A stretch of DNA of 64,000 nt. It comes from Flavobacteriales bacterium (lineage in GTDB: Bacteria > Bacteroidota > Bacteroidia > CAIKAF01). A program made the position numbers and the translations under genes. The notes under the pieces were generated by a model, which was not told the origin of the DNA, did not search any database, and saw only the letters and a program-made list of their open reading frames with translations. Positions 8,521 to 18,100 of this stretch are shown piece by piece. Each line of letters begins with the position of its first letter. The first letter of the stretch is position 1. The stretch covers positions 273 to 64,272 of the forward strand of contig JANWWP010000034.1 in the NCBI GenBank assembly GCA_025055575.1. Reading direction: 5' to 3'.

Positions 8521-10383
8521 ATGCGTGGTTTGTGGAAAATTTTTCTCTTTGGTTTCTGGCTGGTTTTCTGTGATCGCGCAGGGGCTCAATCAGACATTCA
8601 ACCCTGTTGGCGCAAGCGCGGTCATTATCTATATGGCAGCCTTTATTTTCCGGCTTCGGATGGCACCCGATTGGCAGTGGATGTCCACTTGCCGGGCAAA
8701 AAAATTTTGAGGAAAAATGGGGGACGGGTCCCGGCTGTTTTTTATCTGACGCGTTACGTCCGGTCTCTTGAGTTGAAATGGCCGTATCGCTGGCTCAAAG
8801 ACCCCTATTTTGGCCAGGTTCCAGAAAAAGAAATCCGGTATTTTAATGATAACGGCTATGCTGTCGTCATTATGGACGCACGCGGTTCGGGCGCCTCATT
8901 TGGTAAGCGGGATATGGATTTTTCGGAACAGGAACTTGAGGATGCCCGCGAGGTGCTGGATTGGATTGTGCGACAATCGTGGTGTTCCGGAAAAATCGGC
9001 ACCACGGGTGTGTCCTATCTGGGCACCACAGCCGAGCTGCTTTTAGCTACCGGTCATCCAGCGCTTAAGGCGTGCGTTCCCAGGTCGGCTATATTTGACC
9101 TGTATGCCGATATGGCGTTCCCCGGCGGTGTGCGGCAGGGGCCCTTTGTGGACATTTGGGGCGCTACGACGCGGGCATTGGACCGAAGCGATTTTAGCTT
9201 TTTTGGAGGGAAGGCCAAAAAGTTTGTCAGGGGTGCACATCCCGTGACAGGCGATCGAAGGCGCAAACAGTTGCAAGAGGCCTTGCGTCAGCACAGCGGC
9301 AATTATGATGTGTATTCTGAGCTGAAACGTGTCATCTGTCGGGATGAATTGCATCCCACCTTGGGTCTTCCGCTCAACAGCTTTTCTGTGCACAGCCGCC
9401 TGGAGAAAATCATTCAATCTGGAGTTCCCATTTTCAGGATTGGCGGCTGGTACGACGGCGCCCTCAGCAGCAGTGTGGTCAAGGGACTTTGGCAAAATCC
9501 CAACACCCGGTATGTGCTGCTGGGCCCTTGGGATCATGGTCCGAGGGATGCCGCCAGCCCGTATGGTTGGTCGCCACAAGTTCAGGAAAACGTGTTAGAA
9601 CAGGTGCGGCTCTTTTTGGATGCCACGCTCAAAGGCGACAGCAGCGGCATCTTGTCCTGGCCCAAAGTGCGTTTTTTTAATGTTGGTCGGGAACGTTGGG
9701 TTGAGGCCTCCTGCTGGCCTGTGGCCGATAGTGTGACCCGTTGGTTTTTTTCCGCCGATTCCACCCTCCAGCAAGATTTTTGGCTGTGCCGGGCGGGCAG
9801 CTTGAATTATGGGGTGGATTACAGCGCCCACACAGGTGGCGGCAGCCGGTGGAACAGCCAGACCCCGGCTTACCGTTACACAACACATACAGGATATCCC
9901 GATCGTGCCGATCATCTTAAAAAATATCTCACTTTTCGCAGTGCGCCCTTACGTGACAGTCTTTGGATTGATGGCCACATACGTATTCAACTGCCAATGT
10001 ATTTCGACAACAGCGATCCTCAGGTGTTTGTGTATGTGGACGAGGAGGATCCACAAGGGCGCGTCCGTTACATTTCGGAAGGCATGTTGCGCATTGCGCA
10101 CCGCCAGCCTTTTGTTTCTGGGGGCCTGCAAAGCAATGTGGCGGCTTCCCAGGCGATGTTTTGTCTTCAAAACTTCAGACCTGTAAAGCCTTTGGAAAGG
10201 GAATGGGTGATCATGGACCTGTTGCCCATTTCCTACACGGTGCCGGCCGGACACCGGCTGCTTATTTCCATCGCAGGAGCAGACAGCGCTCATTTTGACA
10301 ACACCGATGCGCGGCCTAGTAAATTTGTTCTCGATTTTAATAGTCCCAGGGAAGCACAAGTTATATTTCCGGTTGGGAAATAG
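8521..10383 (+). CDS. CocE/NonD family alpha/beta hydrolase (X-Pro dipeptidyl-peptidase S15-like), secreted
   Basis: There is an N-terminal signal peptide. 'GVSYLG' is the nucleophile elbow, in the context 'VVIMDARGSGASFG'. The approximately 620 aa length is typical of CocE/NonD. Confidence 0.7.
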   Translation: MRGLWKIFLFGFWLVFCDRAGAQSDIQPCWRKRGHYLYGSLYFPASDGTRLAVDVHLPGKKILRKNGGRVPAVFYLTRYVRSLELKWPYRWLKDPYFGQVPEKEIRYFNDNGYAVVIMDARGSGASFGKRDMDFSEQELEDAREVLDWIVRQSWCSGKIGTTGVSYLGTTAELLLATGHPALKACVPRSAIFDLYADMAFPGGVRQGPFVDIWGATTRALDRSDFSFFGGKAKKFVRGAHPVTGDRRRKQLQEALRQHSGNYDVYSELKRVICRDELHPTLGLPLNSFSVHSRLEKIIQSGVPIFRIGGWYDGALSSSVVKGLWQNPNTRYVLLGPWDHGPRDAASPYGWSPQVQENVLEQVRLFLDATLKGDSSGILSWPKVRFFNVGRERWVEASCWPVADSVTRWFFSADSTLQQDFWLCRAGSLNYGVDYSAHTGGGSRWNSQTPAYRYTTHTGYPDRADHLKKYLTFRSAPLRDSLWIDGHIRIQLPMYFDNSDPQVFVYVDEEDPQGRVRYISEGMLRIAHRQPFVSGGLQSNVAASQAMFCLQNFRPVKPLEREWVIMDLLPISYTVPAGHRLLISIAGADSAHFDNTDARPSKFVLDFNSPREAQVIFPVGK

Positions 10384-10683
10384 CAGAATTTTTTGAAGGG
10401 ATTTTTAGCTTTTTCTTTAAAATTATACGTATAAATAATTCAATATAATATCAGTAGGCACTCTGCATAAAAGCTAATCATAAAAAATTATAGAAAAAAT
10501 GTTCTTTGTTAAAATTAAACTATGTGTTATTGTATTCATAATTATCTTAAAGGGATTGTTTTGATTTATTTCCTTTTTGAGGTTCAAAGTCTTTACAGGA
10601 ATTCATGATTTGGGAAGGGAATCAAAGAAATTCCCTGCTGCGTTTTCTTCTGCTTCCATCGCATTATTCTGCATCTTTGTTCC

Positions 10684-11454
10684 ATGGAGCGAGTCTATCA
10701 ATTTTTGCGTAGGGAGGGCAGTACGGCTCTTCCGGTGCTGCGTTTGTCACGTCCCAAAGCCAACGCCTTGAATCTTTCCGTTGTTCAGGAAATCACCGAG
10801 GCTTTTACTGCCCTGGCGCATGACGAGTCCGTGCGGGCTGTGGTATTGACAGGGGAAGGGCATTTTTTCAGCGCCGGTCTGGATGTGGTGGAACTGGCCG
10901 GTTATGATGTGGCGCAGTCCGAGACCTTTTGGTATGCGTTTGCGCGCATGTTGGAAACTTTGGCGTTGTTTCCCAAGCCCTGGGTGTGCGCCATCAATGG
11001 ACACAGCCCCGCGGGGGGATGCATTTTGGCCATCTGTGCCGACCACCGCGTTATGGCGGAGGGGCCCTACACAATTGGGCTCAACGAAGTGCCTGTGGGC
11101 ATTGTGGTGCCAGAGCCGGTGTATGTGCTGTACAGTCAATGGGTGGGGCCAGGCCGGGCTTATCAATACCTTTTGCAGGGGCGCCTCCTCACGCCGGCCG
11201 AAGCCCTCAGCGCCGGGCTTGTGGATGCTGTGGTGCCTCCGCCCCAGGTGCTGGAAACTGCTCTGTACACCGCCCGTGTTTATGAAAATTTAGATCCTGA
11301 CACACTCCGGAAGACCAAGCTCAATCTGAGACAGGCTTTTGCCCGCAGCGTGGAGGGCGGTTTTGAAAAAACCTTTGGCGACACCCTCCGCCACTGGTGG
11401 TCGCCTGGAGCGCGTGCAGCCCTTCAGGCTTTAGTTCAGAAATTAAAAAAGTGA
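10684..11454 (+). CDS. enoyl-CoA hydratase/isomerase (crotonase) family protein
   Basis: The crotonase fold motifs 'FFSAGLDV' and 'AINGHSPAGGCILAICAD' are present. The protein is 256 aa. Confidence 0.75.
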   Translation: MERVYQFLRREGSTALPVLRLSRPKANALNLSVVQEITEAFTALAHDESVRAVVLTGEGHFFSAGLDVVELAGYDVAQSETFWYAFARMLETLALFPKPWVCAINGHSPAGGCILAICADHRVMAEGPYTIGLNEVPVGIVVPEPVYVLYSQWVGPGRAYQYLLQGRLLTPAEALSAGLVDAVVPPPQVLETALYTARVYENLDPDTLRKTKLNLRQAFARSVEGGFEKTFGDTLRHWWSPGARAALQALVQKLKK

Positions 11455-11501
11455 ATTTGGAATTTTTGAGGGGGCTTTATTAATTTTGCCATCCCTAAAA
11501 T

Positions 11502-11577
<76 letters not shown>

Positions 11578-11582
11578 TCCTG

Positions 11583-11607
11583 TGGCCTCTATGAGGTCAT
11601 TTTTTTT
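11583..11607 (+). terminator. intrinsic terminator after tRNA-Gly
   Basis: The stem TGGCCTC/GAGGTCA (7 bp with one G·U) has loop TAT and is followed by T8. Confidence 0.55.
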
Positions 11608-11639
11608 AAAAGGCCCTACTGATTTTTTCTTTTAAAAAA

Positions 11640-12086
11640 GTAGCTCAGCGTTTTTTCAGGCCGAGTTCTGCTTTTGCATGCGAGAGCGCTAAGCTTCGAC
11701 AGAGCGCCGGAGGCGCCCGGTGAACCACCATGCACTTCCGTTTCCTAGCCAGACCTTGTAAGACAATCTGCACCGGAAGGAGGAATTCATGTGCTTTGAT
11801 GGGGTTCTGCTGCCACGCTAAGAAGGGCGAGGTGTGCGTGAGGGATGCGGAGGGCGGGGCCACAGGCCCCGGCACTGCCCTGAGCCCGCGCAGCGGGCGA
11901 AGGGATTGCCGGAGCGTCCGCGGAGCCCGAAGCAGCCCGACCCCCGGCGGTCCTTCGGTACGCCGCGAAGGCGCGGCTACTCAGGAATCGGAAGAACCTA
12001 CTGGAAGGACAGCCCGAAAAGCATTAAATCCCGGCCCGCCGGGGGGCACGCCCAAATACATCAAAAAGATCGCGAGGGCCGACGGC
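11640..12086. other. ORF-free, very GC-rich, hairpin-dense intergenic segment; candidate structured RNA or decayed foreign remnant
   Basis: The segment lies between the tRNA terminator and the purL stop codon. By eye its GC is markedly above the window's roughly 50-55%, and the local 11860-11960 stretch is extremely GC-rich. It contains serial tight GC hairpins: GGGGCC-aca-GGCCCC, GCCCGC-gca-GCGGGC and CCTTCG-N8-CGAAGG. The only ORFs are Arg/Gly/Pro-rich and overlap purL, which is a compositional artefact. The 11-nt 'AAGTAGCTCAG' at about 11638-11648 repeats tRNA positions 5-15. Confidence 0.4.
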
Positions 12087-14336
12087 TTAGAAGTTGTCCT
12101 GCCCCATGATGCGGGGCCAAGTGGCTTCGTAGGCGTTGGCAAAATCGCGCAGGGGGCCCCAGTCTTCGCCCCAGACGCGGATGTGCTGACCTTGCACTAC
12201 ACCCAGTGCTAGCGCAGGCGTGCCGTGGCGATGGGCCTGCTGCAGGAGGGCTTCCCGGCGGTGCGGAGGCACGGCCACCACACAGCGGCTCTGGCCTTCA
12301 CCAAAAAGAAAGGCATCCGGGCGAACGGGAGGTGGTGCCTGGAGATCGAAACCAAGACCTGAGTGGATGGCCATTTCCAAGAGGCAGCAGATGAGGCCCC
12401 CATCGGAAACGTCGTGCGCGGCTGAAACAATGTGGTCGCGGGCAAGGGCGCGGAGGAGGTGGTGCAGCGAACTCTCGGCTTCGAGATCTATGTGGGGGGC
12501 CGGGCTGTGGACAATGTGATGCCATGAGGCCACGTATTCGGAACCGGCGATGTCATGGGTGACCGGCCCCAGTAGCCAAATTTCATCGCCCTCTGTACGG
12601 AAGGGCAGTGTGACGCGCCAAGATGGATCTTCCAGGAGGCCGACCATGCCGATAGTGGGCGTGGGGTAAACAGGGATGCTGCGGTCGGCCCATTGGGTTT
12701 GGTTGTAGAAACTGACGTTGCCGCCTGTGACGGGAATACCGAAAAATTTGCAGGCCTTGGCCATGCCGCGAATGGCTTCCACAAATTGCCAATAGACTTC
12801 GGGGTTGTAGGGGTTACCAAAGTTGAGGCAATTGGTGAGGCCCAGAGGTGTGGCCCCGGTGGCGGCCAGATTGCGGGCGGCTTCTGCCACGGCAATGAGG
12901 GCGCCTTGTGCAGGCTGGCAATACACATAGCGCGGGTTGCAGTCCACCGTGACGGCTAAAGCTTTTCCGGTGTCGTGCAGGCGGACTACGGCGGCGTCCG
13001 AGGGATGGACCGCGGACATGTTGGCCGTGCCCACCATGCTGTCGTACTGCCGGGTGATCCACTTTTTGGAGGCAATGTTGGGATGGGAAATGAGAAAGCG
13101 GGCCACATCACGCAAGTTTTTGGGTATGGGCACGATGGCCGGATCGAACTTTTCGACATCATCCTGATAGGCCGGCCGGCTAAATGGCCTGTCGTATTGA
13201 GGTGCACCGCCTCCCACAACGAGCGCCTCGGCTGGAATTTCAGCTACCTTTTGATCGTTGAAGAAAAAGCGCAGGAGGGGACCTTCCGTCACGACGCCGA
13301 TTTGAGCGCAATGGAGATCCCACTTATCAAAAATCCTTTTCACTTCTTCTTCGCGGCCTTTGTGCACTACCACGAGCATGCGTTCCTGGGATTCGGAAAG
13401 AAGAAGCTCAAAAGGGTGCATGTGGCCTCCGCGTGTGGGCACGCGGTCCAGCCAAATATCCATGCCCACCCCCCCGCGGGCGCTCATTTCGCTGGTGGAG
13501 CAGATGATGCCGGCAGCACCCATGTCCTGCATGCCAGCGATGCTGCCCGTGCGGGCCAGCTCCAGCGTGGCCTCGAGAAGAAGTTTTTCCTGGAAGGGAT
13601 CGCCCACCTGCACGGCGGGCAAGTCTTTGATGCTGTCTTCTGTGAGATCTCCGCTGGCAAAGGAAGCGCCATGGATACCGTCTTTTCCAGTGGCGGAGCC
13701 TACGATGAAGACAGGGTTTCCTACGCCGCGGGCTGTGGCGGAGAGAATCTCCCCACGGCGGAGGATACCCACGCTCATGGCGTTGACCAGCGGATTCTGT
13801 GAGAAGGATTCGTGGACAAAGACTTCACCGGCTACGGTGGGCACACCAAAAGCGTTGCCATAGTCGCCAATGCCTTTGACGACGCCGCGAACGATGCGGC
13901 GCACGCGCGGCTCGTTCAGGTCACCAAAACGGAGGGAGTTCAGCTGGGCTATGGGCCGTGCGCCCATCGTGAAAATATCGCGGTTGATGCCGCCCACTCC
14001 GGTGGCCGCGCCCTGGTAGGGTTCAATAGCCGAAGGATGGTTGTGCGACTCAATTTTGAAAGCGCAGGCCCAGCCATCCCCCAGATCTATGAGGCCTGCG
14101 TTTTCTTCGCCGGCTTCGGCCAGAACCCTCGGGCTTTTGCGGGGCAGGGTTTTAAGGTATTTGATGGAATTTTTGTAAGAGCAATGTTCGCTCCACATGC
14201 CACTGAAGGCACAGAGTTCGGTGAAGTTGGGCGCGCGTCCGAGCAATTCGCAAATGCGCTGGTATTCTTCAGGAAGAAGGCCCAGCTTTTGGGCTGTTTG
14301 GACGGAGGTGGTTTCGGAGGCGTAGTCCCGGCTCAT
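12087..14336 (-). CDS. purL: phosphoribosylformylglycinamidine synthase subunit II PurL
   Basis: The PurL hallmark '[14 protein letters not shown]' lies near the N-terminus. Glycine-rich ATP-binding repeats are present ('GVGGI', '[12 protein letters not shown]'). I chose the start MSRDY at 14336, but the ORF stays open to 14366. Confidence 0.9.
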   Translation of the reverse strand: MSRDYASETTSVQTAQKLGLLPEEYQRICELLGRAPNFTELCAFSGMWSEHCSYKNSIKYLKTLPRKSPRVLAEAGEENAGLIDLGDGWACAFKIESHNHPSAIEPYQGAATGVGGINRDIFTMGARPIAQLNSLRFGDLNEPRVRRIVRGVVKGIGDYGNAFGVPTVAGEVFVHESFSQNPLVNAMSVGILRRGEILSATARGVGNPVFIVGSATGKDGIHGASFASGDLTEDSIKDLPAVQVGDPFQEKLLLEATLELARTGSIAGMQDMGAAGIICSTSEMSARGGVGMDIWLDRVPTRGGHMHPFELLLSESQERMLVVVHKGREEEVKRIFDKWDLHCAQIGVVTEGPLLRFFFNDQKVAEIPAEALVVGGGAPQYDRPFSRPAYQDDVEKFDPAIVPIPKNLRDVARFLISHPNIASKKWITRQYDSMVGTANMSAVHPSDAAVVRLHDTGKALAVTVDCNPRYVYCQPAQGALIAVAEAARNLAATGATPLGLTNCLNFGNPYNPEVYWQFVEAIRGMAKACKFFGIPVTGGNVSFYNQTQWADRSIPVYPTPTIGMVGLLEDPSWRVTLPFRTEGDEIWLLGPVTHDIAGSEYVASWHHIVHSPAPHIDLEAESSLHHLLRALARDHIVSAAHDVSDGGLICCLLEMAIHSGLGFDLQAPPPVRPDAFLFGEGQSRCVVAVPPHRREALLQQAHRHGTPALALGVVQGQHIRVWGEDWGPLRDFANAYEATWPRIMGQDNF

Positions 14337-14397
14337 CGGGCAGCAAAGTAAAGGGAATTCCCTCAATACTGGGGCTGCAGAAGGAGCTTTGAAGGGT

Positions 14398-15180
14398 TCA
14401 GGGTCGGCGAAGGGCCCTGAAGCTAAAAAAGGCTCCTGCCAGGATGAAGGGCAGACTGAGGGCCTGCCCGGTGGTGAAGGGCCCCAGGAAGGGTGTGAGC
14501 CCGGGCGGTTCCTTTAAATATTCCAAGAGGAAACGCGGAACGAAAATGCCTAAAAGGAAGAGGCCCGTGAGCCCCAGACGGCCTGGCGCCAGGCGGGGAA
14601 TCTGGCGTTGGTGGAGGCCCCACAGCAGGAGGAAGAGCGCCAGATAAGCCACCGCCTCGTACAGCTGCACCGGATGGCGCGGATGGGCATCCACGCGGGC
14701 GAAGACGATGGCCCAAGGCAGGTGGGAGGGCGTTCCCACCAGCTCGCTGTTAAAAAAATTACCGATGCGGATGAGTCCGTCAGCCAGGGCGCAGGGCAGT
14801 GTGAGAAGGTCCACTACGAGTTCTGGCTTTAGGTCGCGGCGAAGCCAGCGACACCACAGCCAGGCGGCGGACACAAGGCCAAGTCCTCCTCCATGGCTGG
14901 CCAAACCTCCTGCAGAAACCTGGAGAATTTCTCCCGGATGCTTTGAAAAATATGCCCAGTCGTAGAACAGCACGTGAAAAATTCGTGCCCCTGCAATAGA
15001 CAACAGAACAGCTAACAATAAAAGAACATCCACATGGCGGGCAGAAATTTTCTGCCCGAAGAGAAGTTTTTTGAAGAGACCATAGCCCAAAACGTAACCC
15101 AGGGTGAAAAAGAGGGTGTACCAGCGCAGGGAAAGAGGCCCCAGATGAAAGGCCACCGGATCTGGCTGCCAAGTGATCAT
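14398..15180 (-). CDS. lgt: prolipoprotein diacylglyceryl transferase Lgt
   Basis: The Lgt signature '[24 protein letters not shown]' is present. The protein is polytopic and about 260 aa from the internal start MITWQ (15180). That ATG overlaps the TGA of the upstream giant gene (ATGA). The ORF track's extension to 15522 is Arg/Gly-rich and unlikely to be coding. Confidence 0.85.
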   Translation of the reverse strand: MITWQPDPVAFHLGPLSLRWYTLFFTLGYVLGYGLFKKLLFGQKISARHVDVLLLLAVLLSIAGARIFHVLFYDWAYFSKHPGEILQVSAGGLASHGGGLGLVSAAWLWCRWLRRDLKPELVVDLLTLPCALADGLIRIGNFFNSELVGTPSHLPWAIVFARVDAHPRHPVQLYEAVAYLALFLLLWGLHQRQIPRLAPGRLGLTGLFLLGIFVPRFLLEYLKEPPGLTPFLGPFTTGQALSLPFILAGAFFSFRALRRP

Positions 15181-18100
15181 TTTAGTTCGTCGGCAAATTG
15201 CTGAGCGCGGCGCTGTGTGCCCGGGGTCAGGGTGAAGGGCGGCTGACCTTCCTTGCCTTCCACCTGACGTTTTTTGGGGTCCATTTCGGCCAGCTTTTTG
15301 TTGAATTCTTCGGAACTGGACACAAGCGACATCACGTTGTTGCGATAGGCAAAAAAGTAGTAGGTGCCTTGTTCGGGCTCCAGATACAGATGGAAACCAT
15401 CCCCGCCGCGACGCCTGAAAAATTCCAATTTCACGGTAAGATTTTTTAGAACGGGTTTTCCCCCCAGCGCCAGCAGAGCGGCGGAGCCATTGTGCACCAA
15501 GGACTTGCGGGCTTTGTCCCATACGAGGTGTATGCCGCTCAGAGCTACGGTTTTTTCCAGTTCATCAGGCAGTTTGCGCACGTCGCCTTCCCGGATGTCT
15601 TCCTTAAAACGGTTGAGGCGTCTTGGGTCTGAAATGAGGGCGGCAAGGTTTTTCTGGAACTCGGCATCTTTGAGATCGGCAGTATTTTTTTCGCCCTTCA
15701 TAATTTTTTCCAGCATCAGGTTCACGAAATCATTTTCCAAGGGAAACTGTAACAAAAGAAGCAGATCCAGGCTTGTGTTGGCGTTTTTGGGATCATAGGT
15801 GATACGCCCCACCGCTTTATCCTGAACCTGCCCCATGCGATTTCCCAAATCCATCACACCTTCTGCGGTGGCCGAACACTCGGCGGCATTGAAGATCATC
15901 ATCGGATCCGGGAGCGCGGGATTTCCAAATTTTTCCTTGGTGGTGATTTTGTACTCGTTGGTGCTTTTGTCGTAACGCAAGAGGCCGCTCACGCGAATGA
16001 CTTCCTGGTCGCCGGAAGCTTTTTTGGTGGCAAACATCACGGGGTAAATGCCACTGGAGTCGGAAGCGTATGCAAAACCATTGAACAGGGGACGGTTCAA
16101 CTCATCTTTGGGGTCGGGAGGAACCGGAATAAATATGTCTTTGGGATTGATGCGGGCCTGAAATTTCATCCAGCTTTTGGACACCGCCGCGCAACTGTGG
16201 TTGAGCCGGCAGGCACCTTCGAATAAGATTTCGTCTTTCTGGCTGTTGATCATTAAATCACCCTTGAAGCTGAGGCGAGGATTGAAGGTGAAATTATCCT
16301 CTTCATTGACCCTTCCGCGGGCATACATCTGTCGGGCGGTATCAATATCAATTTTAGTTATGTTCACCACGTTGGCCTTTCCGGACTCATCCACATAGGT
16401 ATATTTTCCCGTGCCGCTGATTTTGAAACGGCCGTCCACTTTTATGTCGGCGTCGGTGATGACGTATCGGGGGGACGAAGCCGGCATATCAATGCGTGCG
16501 TTTTTCAGTGGATCCATGGCGGCATCGCGGCGGATGACCACCTTTCCCTTGTCAGGAAACACCCGACTGTCGGCCACATCCATAAATTTTACATCTTCCC
16601 CGTAAATGGTGTTGGTGCTTTGGGTAAACCGCGCTTTTGGAGATACGAAACTCAGCGAGTCTTGTTCCGGCTTGGTGGACACGAAAAGAGCGCCTTTCAA
16701 GTCAATACTTTCTACTTTGCGGGTATTCAGGTCCACTTCCCCTTTGTCCATATACCAAATCATCTCTTCCATATAAGCCTTGTATTTGTTGATGGGGAAA
16801 TTGATAAACGACTCGGAAGAATTGCTGATAAAACGGCCTTCGCGCGCTGTGAAAGAAACGTCGGCCTTCACGTTTTCCGTGGTGAACGACATGGAAGAAA
16901 GATCGCCGGTAGCCTGTTCCAGGTTTTTGAGCGCAAAGCTGGTGGTATCAGCACGTGTCACGTCTGCCCGGAACACAAACTGGTTGGATTTCATTTCAGC
17001 CGAACCCATGTCCAGGCGGCCTGTGCCTGTAAGGCCGCGGCTGGTGAGATTGATGGTGCCGTGCATTTCGGATTCGCCCTTAAACATTTTCATGGGCTTG
17101 TCGGTCATGCTCACAAGGAATTTATCCTTCATGGGTTCCCAGTGCACTTGCACATCTTCGGCCTGCACATCGGCATATTCCACGCGGCCCGTGGTGCGCT
17201 CGATATTGAATTTTTTGGCCAGGGTGTTCATGCTGTCGGGATACCATTTAAAATCGTCGGACTGGGCTGTGGAAGCCAGGTATTTGAGTTGACCCCTGCC
17301 CCGGAGCCCTTTATGAGACAGGCTTATTTCGTTGTAATATTGGCCGGCCCCGCCATACACCGGCATGCCGGATTCCGGGGTTTTCCGGAGAAAGCCCAGA
17401 GAGTAGTCCGGCATGATGACAATTTTTTCGCGGAAATCCGGAAAAATACCCGCCGAAACGAAAGTGCCGTCCAGGGCAAGTTTTTCGGTATCAAAGACGT
17501 CCAAGGAGTCGATCACAAAAGGATCCAGCTGAAAATAAAAAGTTTGCCTTGGATAGACGCCACCTTCGATGGATTTTCGGTCATAATAGCAAAAGGAAGG
17601 TCTTTTGCTGGTGTAGATGGGGTATTCGGCCAAGCCTTTCAGCCCTGATTTGTTGTCAGGTCGGTCTATTTGAAGGTCGGCATTCACTTGTTCTATCACA
17701 GTGATCACATTGCGGAGCGGGCGGTTGCCTTTTTCGTCGGGTTCGCGGGAAGGTACGCGAATGCGGACGGAATCCACATTTTCCAGCAACATTTTGAATT
17801 TTTCGTTGAGATAGTCAAACTTTTTCCCATACGAAATAATACGTCCTGAGGCCACCTGGCCATCCATGCTGAAGTCCATATCTTTTTTCAGGACCAGGTC
17901 GCCCCGTTTGGGATATACAAAAACGCTTTGGGAGTCGCTCATGATGATTTTATTCACCCCGGACATCCGGAGATCGTAATCCAGAAGACTCAGTTTCCCG
18001 TTAATGTCGCCCGTAAGTGAATTGAATTCGATGATATCGTAATCGGTTTTCCGGGCGCGGGCGTTGATAAAATGAAAGAAACGGTCTGTCATTTCACAGA

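Noticed and set aside
11640-12086. Identification of the GC-rich element as RNase P RNA, tmRNA, SRP RNA or a 5S fragment
   Set aside because: Searched by eye on both strands. The P4 motifs (GGAAAGUCCGGGC / ACAGAACCCGGCUUA) and GGUGAAA…GAGCGCACC are absent. There is no GGGGNUGA…UUCGAC 5' end, no tRNA-like 3' end and no ALAA-type tag ORF. The only match is the 10-mer 'CATGCGAGAG', shared with 5S rRNA, which fits chance expectation. The element is left unclassified.
11730-12212. 160-aa and 91-aa ORFs (frames +) inside the GC-rich segment
   Set aside because: Both are Arg/Gly/Pro-rich, as expected for random GC-rich DNA. They overlap the purL C-terminus on the opposite strand and have no start context or motifs. 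I treated them as compositional artefacts.
12975-13802. Long antisense ORFs inside well-supported genes
   Set aside because: The list covers 12975-13802 inside purL, 16620-17648 inside the giant protein, 34416-35168 inside Ppx/GppA, 5072-5659 inside the M20 gene, 9043-9579 inside CocE, 48124-48855 inside the phosphoesterase gene and 50543-51037 inside the GT2 gene. These are shadow ORFs on the strand opposite to motif-bearing genes. They are low-complexity or Arg-rich and have no independent support.
14398-15522. 374-aa version of lgt extending to 15522
   Set aside because: The N-terminal extension is Arg/Gly-rich, lies entirely inside the upstream giant ORF on the same strand but in another frame, and precedes the conserved Lgt N-terminus. 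The ATG at 15180 gives a canonical 260-aa Lgt and an ATGA overlap.
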